Positions 58,611 to 64,000 of a DNA stretch of 64,000 nucleotides are shown here, in pieces; position 1 is the stretch's first letter; every line of letters starts with the position of its first letter. This DNA is from a candidate division WOR-3 bacterium (GTDB lineage: Bacteria > Hydrothermota > 32-111): contig JBDRZU010000001.1 in the NCBI GenBank assembly GCA_039804105.1, forward strand, positions 352,001-416,000. Reading direction: 5' to 3'. The translations under genes were made by a program, and so were the position numbers. A model generated the notes under the pieces. That model saw only the letters and a list, made by a program, of their open reading frames with translations, did no database searches and had not been told where the DNA came from.

Positions 58611-59449
58611 AATTTTATAACTGGAGAGAATCTCCCGAACCAGTTTGTTATCCTTCCTTTCATATCAAAATGTCCAAAAAGTATAACTGGTCTTCTTGTC
58701 AATAAAGTTTTTAAAGCAAGATTCGTATCAATAATATAGAGAGTATTTCTTGGAATCTCGAAAATATCAAAATCAAGATTATCCGTATAAGATGTAAATG
58801 CTCCTTTGTAACCAGCATCTTTAACCACTTTTTTCACCCGTTCGTTTGTTAATCCATAAGGGTAAAGGAAATAATCAACATTTTTTTTCAGAATATTTTC
58901 AAGTATCTCCTTTGAATGAAAAACCTCTATTTTCAATTTTTCATGGTTCAATTTTCTGAGATCTTTATGGGAAAATGAATGTGAAATTATTTCAAATCCA
59001 TTTTCTTCCATCTCTTTCAACATTTTAACATCCATATGTCTGAATTTCCCAGTTTTTGCATCCCAGACATTCCTTTTACCAATATATCCAGCAACAGGAC
59101 ATAAAACTCCAGTATAAGAATATTTTTTCATTACAGGGAAAGCATACTTATAAACATTTTCATAAGCATCATCGAAAAAGATTAAGATTTTTTTTTCATC
59201 TTGAGAATTTAAAAAATCATCTATCGTTGTTGTTTTAAAACCATTTTTTTTTAAAAATTTCAAATAGTTTTCAAATTGAAAAACGATATTTGATGTTCCT
59301 CCGAATTCAGGATATTTCGAAATCTTATGAAAAGAGATAATATTTTTTGCATATATTTTTTTTTTATAGAATCTAATATACCAATAAATCCAACCATAAA
59401 TATAAAGTATAACAACAAAAAACAACGGCAAAAAATATTTTAAAACCAT
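58607..59449 (-). CDS. Polysaccharide deacetylase (NodB/CE4), N-terminal membrane anchor
   Basis: FHKI, FFDDAY, SHSFSH, YPYG. Confidence 0.88.
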   Translation of the reverse strand: MVLKYFLPLFFVVILYIYGWIYWYIRFYKKKIYAKNIISFHKISKYPEFGGTSNIVFQFENYLKFLKKNGFKTTTIDDFLNSQDEKKILIFFDDAYENVYKYAFPVMKKYSYTGVLCPVAGYIGKRNVWDAKTGKFRHMDVKMLKEMEENGFEIISHSFSHKDLRKLNHEKLKIEVFHSKEILENILKKNVDYFLYPYGLTNERVKKVVKDAGYKGAFTSYTDNLDFDIFEIPRNTLYIIDTNLALKTLLTRRPVILFGHFDMKGRITNWFGRFSPVIKL

Positions 59450-60612
59450 CTTCTCAATCTATCTTGTTTATGATTACTCTTCTCTTCAATCTTTTTGTAA
59501 TAGAATTCGAGAATTTCATTGGAAATGTTTTCCCATGAAAATCTTTTCACAAATTCAAGACCATTTTTTTTCAAATTCTCTTTCAATTCCCTGTTTTTCA
59601 GGACTTCAATAATCCCATCAGCAAGTTCTTTTGGATCTTTTGGTTTAACAAGAAAGCCGTTATACTTATGTTTTATCACCTGTCTGTATCCTCTTATATT
59701 ACTTGCAACAACAGGAGTTCCAGATGCCATAGCTTCAAGTAAAACGATTCCAAAACTTTCTCCGCCTGTTGCTGGAGAAACAAAAACATTTGCGGTACTG
59801 TAATAAAGTGGAAGCAAAGACCAATCAACATAATCCTCAAAAACAATATGTTCTTTTGCTTTCTCACTGATTGACAATTCATAATATTTTTTCAAAAATC
59901 CCTTACCAACAACTATCAATCGAACATCAGATATTTCTTCAATAATATAATCCATCGCTTTATAAAGAAATTTTATACCTTTTCTTGGATCCTGTCTTCC
60001 AACGAAAAGTATGTTTATCCTTCCATCAATATAGTTTTCAAGTTTTGGATTTGATGGTGAAAATCTTTTGAGGTCAACTCCATTTGGAATAATCGTGTAT
60101 TCTCCCGGGAAATATTTATAAACCGATCTTTTTGCTTCCTCGGAAACTGCAATAACTCCATCCAATCTTTCAAAAAATTTTTTTAGAGGGGATCTCAACG
60201 CTTCATAACCAATAGATCTATCAAAAGCAGCATGGAATGTTATTATGTTTGTTGAATTAGAAAAAAACAATGTTATCAAAGGAAGTGTAGGTGCCAACGC
60301 ACCGTGTATGTGAATTACATCATACTTCTCTCTCTCAAGAAGATTTTTAATATCGAATATCATTTTGATTCCAACTGACACCTGTGCAAATGATTTATTG
60401 GCGGGTATTGAAATCGAGTATCCAACTCTTTTAATATCGCTACCTTCATTTTTTATCGACTTCAAAATCGGATTTCCTGTTAAAATATGAACTGTATGCC
60501 CTTTTCTCTTCATCTCTATATACAGATGATGGATATGTTCTGAAATGCCACCAGGCAAAGGATAATACATATCTGAGACCATCAAAATTTTTAATTTTTT
60601 TCTTTCAGCCAT
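59440..60612 (-). CDS. GT4 glycosyltransferase, PimA-like
   Basis: PGGISEHI, IPANKS, TFHA, IAVS, IIPNGVD, FVGRQDPRKG, GGESFGIVLLEAMASG. Confidence 0.88.
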   Translation of the reverse strand: MAERKKLKILMVSDMYYPLPGGISEHIHHLYIEMKRKGHTVHILTGNPILKSIKNEGSDIKRVGYSISIPANKSFAQVSVGIKMIFDIKNLLEREKYDVIHIHGALAPTLPLITLFFSNSTNIITFHAAFDRSIGYEALRSPLKKFFERLDGVIAVSEEAKRSVYKYFPGEYTIIPNGVDLKRFSPSNPKLENYIDGRINILFVGRQDPRKGIKFLYKAMDYIIEEISDVRLIVVGKGFLKKYYELSISEKAKEHIVFEDYVDWSLLPLYYSTANVFVSPATGGESFGIVLLEAMASGTPVVASNIRGYRQVIKHKYNGFLVKPKDPKELADGIIEVLKNRELKENLKKNGLEFVKRFSWENISNEILEFYYKKIEEKSNHKQDRLRRWF

Positions 60613-60613
60613 A

Positions 60614-61435
60614 TTACTCCCACCTCATTGAAAAAGCAAACCATTCTTCAGGTTTTCTTTTGATCACATCGACTAAAACTTTTAAACCATTTTCAGCATA
60701 CTTTTTCAGATTCTCATCTTTTTCAACTTCTATTATTAAAGCAATATATCTATACTTTTTATTTTTTCTGTAAAAAAAAGTTCCAAACATTATATCCCTT
60801 GAAAATTTTTTACCAAAATAAAAGGGACCTTTGGGAATAAAAACTTTTGAATTTCCAAAATCACAAAGTGTTCCTGTCTTTGTTATATCTCTATCGAACA
60901 GAAGTACCGGGATATATCCCATCTGCAAATGTTCTTCAAGTTTTAATATTGTTTTTGGATCTTCAAGTGGGAATATTTTCATACCAGTTAAATTTCTAAA
61001 TCTCAACAGAGCCCTGTATTTTGCTTCACCAACTCCTTTAAATTCAGCAACTGATACACTATTTTTAACAAGGTAACCAAAAATTATACCCGCCAACTCC
61101 CAATTCCCATAATGTGCCGTTATCAGAATGTATTTGTGATTCTTAATTCTTTCAAGATCCACATTACTCAAATCGGTTATTTTTAAAATGTAATCCTGTT
61201 TCAAATAATAAGATTTTAATAGATCAAAATGGTTTCTTACCATGTTTACAAAAATCTCTTTCAAATTGAAATCAAATATCCCTATCCTGTTGAGATTTTT
61301 TTTGATACTTTCAACTCTCCAGTTGTTTGAAAAATATATAAGATTTCCTATGACATAAGAAAAAAAATCTATAACTTCATACGGAACAAAATACAAAAAT
61401 ACACTCATAATCCTGAAATAGTAGTAAGAGATCAT
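60614..61435 (-). CDS. Lysophospholipid/LpxL/PatA-family acyltransferase
   Basis: TAHYGNWELAG, FDRD, FG...PKGP, PEEWF. Confidence 0.82.
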   Translation of the reverse strand: MISYYYFRIMSVFLYFVPYEVIDFFSYVIGNLIYFSNNWRVESIKKNLNRIGIFDFNLKEIFVNMVRNHFDLLKSYYLKQDYILKITDLSNVDLERIKNHKYILITAHYGNWELAGIIFGYLVKNSVSVAEFKGVGEAKYRALLRFRNLTGMKIFPLEDPKTILKLEEHLQMGYIPVLLFDRDITKTGTLCDFGNSKVFIPKGPFYFGKKFSRDIMFGTFFYRKNKKYRYIALIIEVEKDENLKKYAENGLKVLVDVIKRKPEEWFAFSMRWE

Positions 61436-61857
61436 TTTCCTGTATGGCCAAATCCGCCATCCCCTCTTTTTGTGTTGTTAACCTTATCTTCAATAAAATT
61501 TGCTTTTTCTACTTTTGATAAAACCATCTGCGCTACTCTCTCTCCTTTTTTTATACAAAATCTTTCTCTGTTAAGGTTGAACATTATGATTTTTATTTCA
61601 CCTCTATAATCTGAATCGATCGTTCCAGGAGTGTTTAAAATCAAGATCTTATTTTTTAAAGAGAATCCACTTCTTGGTCTTATCTGTAACTCATAGCCAG
61701 AAGGTATTTCTACTTTTATTCCTGTTGGGACTAACGAAACATCGAAAGGTTCTATACAAACATCCTCAGATGCAAATATATCTGCACCCGAAGAACCATC
61801 TGTCATATATTTTGGTAAAAAACCATTTTCTGTGACTTCAATTTTTATATCTATCAT
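61432..61857 (-). CDS. dut: dUTP diphosphatase
   Basis: SSGADI, PTG, QIRPRSG, NTPGTIDSDYRGEI, RGDGGFGHTG. Confidence 0.97.
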   Translation of the reverse strand: MIDIKIEVTENGFLPKYMTDGSSGADIFASEDVCIEPFDVSLVPTGIKVEIPSGYELQIRPRSGFSLKNKILILNTPGTIDSDYRGEIKIIMFNLNRERFCIKKGERVAQMVLSKVEKANFIEDKVNNTKRGDGGFGHTGK

Positions 61858-63107
61858 ATCTTAAAATTTTTTTTATTTCCAACTATCGAAATATTCAATT
61901 TGTCGAACTTAAAATACTTTTTTGCAATTTCTTTAATATCTTCTGAACATACATTTTTGAATTTTTTTATAACCGAATTTACACTCTCGATTCTTTTTTT
62001 GTATAAAAAAGATTTTGCATTGAATCCCATCCTTCCAGAAAGAGAATCATAACTCATCACAACATTCGCAAGAATCTGGTTTTTTACTTTTTCCATCTCA
62101 TCTTTTTCAACCCCATAGCGTATGATGTTGGACATCTCATTTTCAATAATTCCCATAGTTTTCCTATAATTATCTGGAGAACAGACAAAATATATTCCAC
62201 TCATTCCAGATTCTTTGAAAATATCAACAAAAGAATAAACAGTATATACAAGTCCTTTTTCCTCTCTCAATTTTTTGAACAATCTTGATGACATTCCAAT
62301 ACCTAATATAGCAGAGAGTATCGTCAAAGGGAATCTCTCATCAGAATAATAGTTTTGAGTTTTGAAACCTAATGCAACATGAAATTGCTGTAAAGAATTT
62401 TTATAAACATAGATTTTTTGAGAAAAATTATCTTTGATTTTTATGTTATCATTTTTAACAGATTCACCATTCCTAAAATATTTTTTGTCGATTGATTCTT
62501 TGATATTTTTCGTAGTCAAAGGTCCAACATATGAATAGAAAGAGTTATCATTTACATAATTTTTTTCTATAAAGTTTAAAACATCGTTTCTCGTGATCGA
62601 TTTTATTATCTTCTCACTTCCAAGTATTGTCTTTTCAAAAGGAGAACCTTTAAAAACGATCCTGTTTAAATTTTCAAACACAAGATCTTCAGGATCATCT
62701 TCAGCTGATCTAATTTCTTCTATAACAACATTTTTTTCTTTTTCAAGTTCATCTTCAGTGATCAGAGGTTCAAAAAGCATCTCCTGAAAAATTGGAAGGA
62801 TCCTTTTAAAATTATCAGGTAAACATTTAAAGTAAAATGAGGTATGATCCCTTGCTGTGTAAGCATTTATTGTTCCACCATAATGTTCTATCAATCTTGA
62901 GATCTCATCAGCTTTTCTTTTTTTTGTTCCCTTAAAAATCAAATGTTCTGTAAGATGGCTTATTCCATTCAATCTCTCATTTTCATAATCAGATCCAACT
63001 CTCACATAATAACCAAAAATTAGAGAATGGAAGATTTTTATCTGTTCTCCAATAAAACTGACTCCATTCTCCAATTTTTCAGTTGAAATATTCTGTTTAA
63101 GATCCAT
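61854..63107 (-). CDS. M16 family zinc peptidase
   Basis: GISHLTEHLIFKGT (HxxEH), INAYT, SSRLF..LREEKGLVY; ATG 63107 preferred; conserved pnp-M16-dut order. Confidence 0.92.
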   Translation of the reverse strand: MDLKQNISTEKLENGVSFIGEQIKIFHSLIFGYYVRVGSDYENERLNGISHLTEHLIFKGTKKRKADEISRLIEHYGGTINAYTARDHTSFYFKCLPDNFKRILPIFQEMLFEPLITEDELEKEKNVVIEEIRSAEDDPEDLVFENLNRIVFKGSPFEKTILGSEKIIKSITRNDVLNFIEKNYVNDNSFYSYVGPLTTKNIKESIDKKYFRNGESVKNDNIKIKDNFSQKIYVYKNSLQQFHVALGFKTQNYYSDERFPLTILSAILGIGMSSRLFKKLREEKGLVYTVYSFVDIFKESGMSGIYFVCSPDNYRKTMGIIENEMSNIIRYGVEKDEMEKVKNQILANVVMSYDSLSGRMGFNAKSFLYKKRIESVNSVIKKFKNVCSEDIKEIAKKYFKFDKLNISIVGNKKNFKI

Positions 63108-64000
63108 CTCTTCTATAATCCTTTCTTCCAAACTTTCTATAGTGGTGTTTTTCTTCATTTTTGTTTTGATCCTGATTTTTGTTTTCTATAAGGACTTTTC
63201 GTGAAACATTAACTTTACCATTTTCATCAACATTTATAACTTTAACTGAGACCTTATCCCCAACCTTCAAATGCTCATTTAGATCATTAATCCTTTCATG
63301 TGAGAACTGTGATATATGCATCAAAGCTTCTTTACCAGGTAAAAGTTCTATGAATGCACCAAAGTTGGTTATCTTGGTTACTTTACCTTCATAGATTTCT
63401 CCCATCTCAATATCTTTTACGAGTGATTCGATCATTCTTTTTGCTTCATCTCCACTTGCAAGATCCGTGGATGCGATCGTCACCTTTCCTGTATCATCTA
63501 TATCAACTTTTACACCAGTTTTTTCGATAATCGACCTTATCATCTTTCCACCAGGACCGATAACAAGCCCTATCTTATCTTTATCGATTGTAAACTGGAT
63601 CAACCTTGGAGCGTACTGTGATAACTGTTCTCTCGGCTTTGATATCGTTTTTTCCATTATATCGAGAATATGCTCTCTTCCCTCTTTCGCCTGATAGAAA
63701 CCTTTTCTAAGAATATCAATGGTTATACCCTCAATCTTTGTATCAAGTTGCAAACCAGTTATTCCTTCTCTTGTTCCAGCAACTTTAAAATCCATATCAC
63801 CATAATGATCCTCTTCACCCATTATGTCTGATAATATTACTGGATCATAACCTTCTTCAACTATGAGCCCCATAGCGATTCCGGCAACATGACATTTGAT
63901 TGGAACTCCAGCATCCATCAATGAAAGAGATCCAGAACACACTGAAGCCATGCTTGACGAACCATTTGATTCAAGTATTTCAGAGACGATTCTTATCGTA
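63097..64000 (-). CDS. pnp: Polyribonucleotide nucleotidyltransferase, C-terminal part
   Basis: RIVSEILESNGSSSMASVC, EDHYGDMDFKVAGT, KH (IGPGGK) and S1 domains; frame open to window edge. Confidence 0.98.
   Translation of the reverse strand, partial: TIRIVSEILESNGSSSMASVCSGSLSLMDAGVPIKCHVAGIAMGLIVEEGYDPVILSDIMGEEDHYGDMDFKVAGTREGITGLQLDTKIEGITIDILRKGFYQAKEGREHILDIMEKTISKPREQLSQYAPRLIQFTIDKDKIGLVIGPGGKMIRSIIEKTGVKVDIDDTGKVTIASTDLASGDEAKRMIESLVKDIEMGEIYEGKVTKITNFGAFIELLPGKEALMHISQFSHERINDLNEHLKVGDKVSVKVINVDENGKVNVSRKVLIENKNQDQNKNEEKHHYRKFGRKDYRRDGS

Overview
Gene-dense, strongly AT-rich bacterial chromosomal segment (about 30% GC by eye, not computed), standard genetic code, almost all genes on the minus strand. 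The organism is a diderm: it has lptC/lptA-like/lptB, LpxL-type acyltransferases, several beta-barrels and a T9SS/FlgD-type C-terminal domain, which suggests an FCB-associated lineage (inference). Housekeeping content includes der, plsY, rocD, wecB, comF, mreBCD-mrdA-rodA, rplU-rpmA, secG, gap-pgk-tpiA, an Rne/Rng RNase, purC, nrdR, rpoN, queH, dut, pnp (partial) and 5 tRNAs. I saw no mobile element, CRISPR array or rRNA. Two loci stand out. (1) 40276-48817: seven tightly packed genes, all encoding exported proteins, directly behind rpoN. They are a tandem OB-fold protein with a secretion CTD, a PorP/PorV-like barrel, a double helix-hairpin-helix (ComEA-like) protein fused to a large barrel, a second barrel, two paralogous single-HKD PLD/Nuc proteins and a 5'-nucleotidase domain that has lost its metal ligands. 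This reads as a candidate extracellular nucleic-acid capture/import/processing system. (2) 1-7238: a putative sigma-54-driven signalling cluster built around a PilB/GspE ATPase fused to a receiver domain. It is flanked by a pseudo-kinase, a pseudo-CheR-TPR, a pseudo-HD-GYP and an NtrC-type activator, and has two -24/-12 promoters with a non-canonical GT at -12. Also noted: a frameshift-split C1q/BclA-like fibre gene, three apparently leaderless genes, and an acyltransferase/PimA-like/deacetylase/UbiA glycolipid cluster. All family assignments come from motif recognition by eye; no database searches were run.
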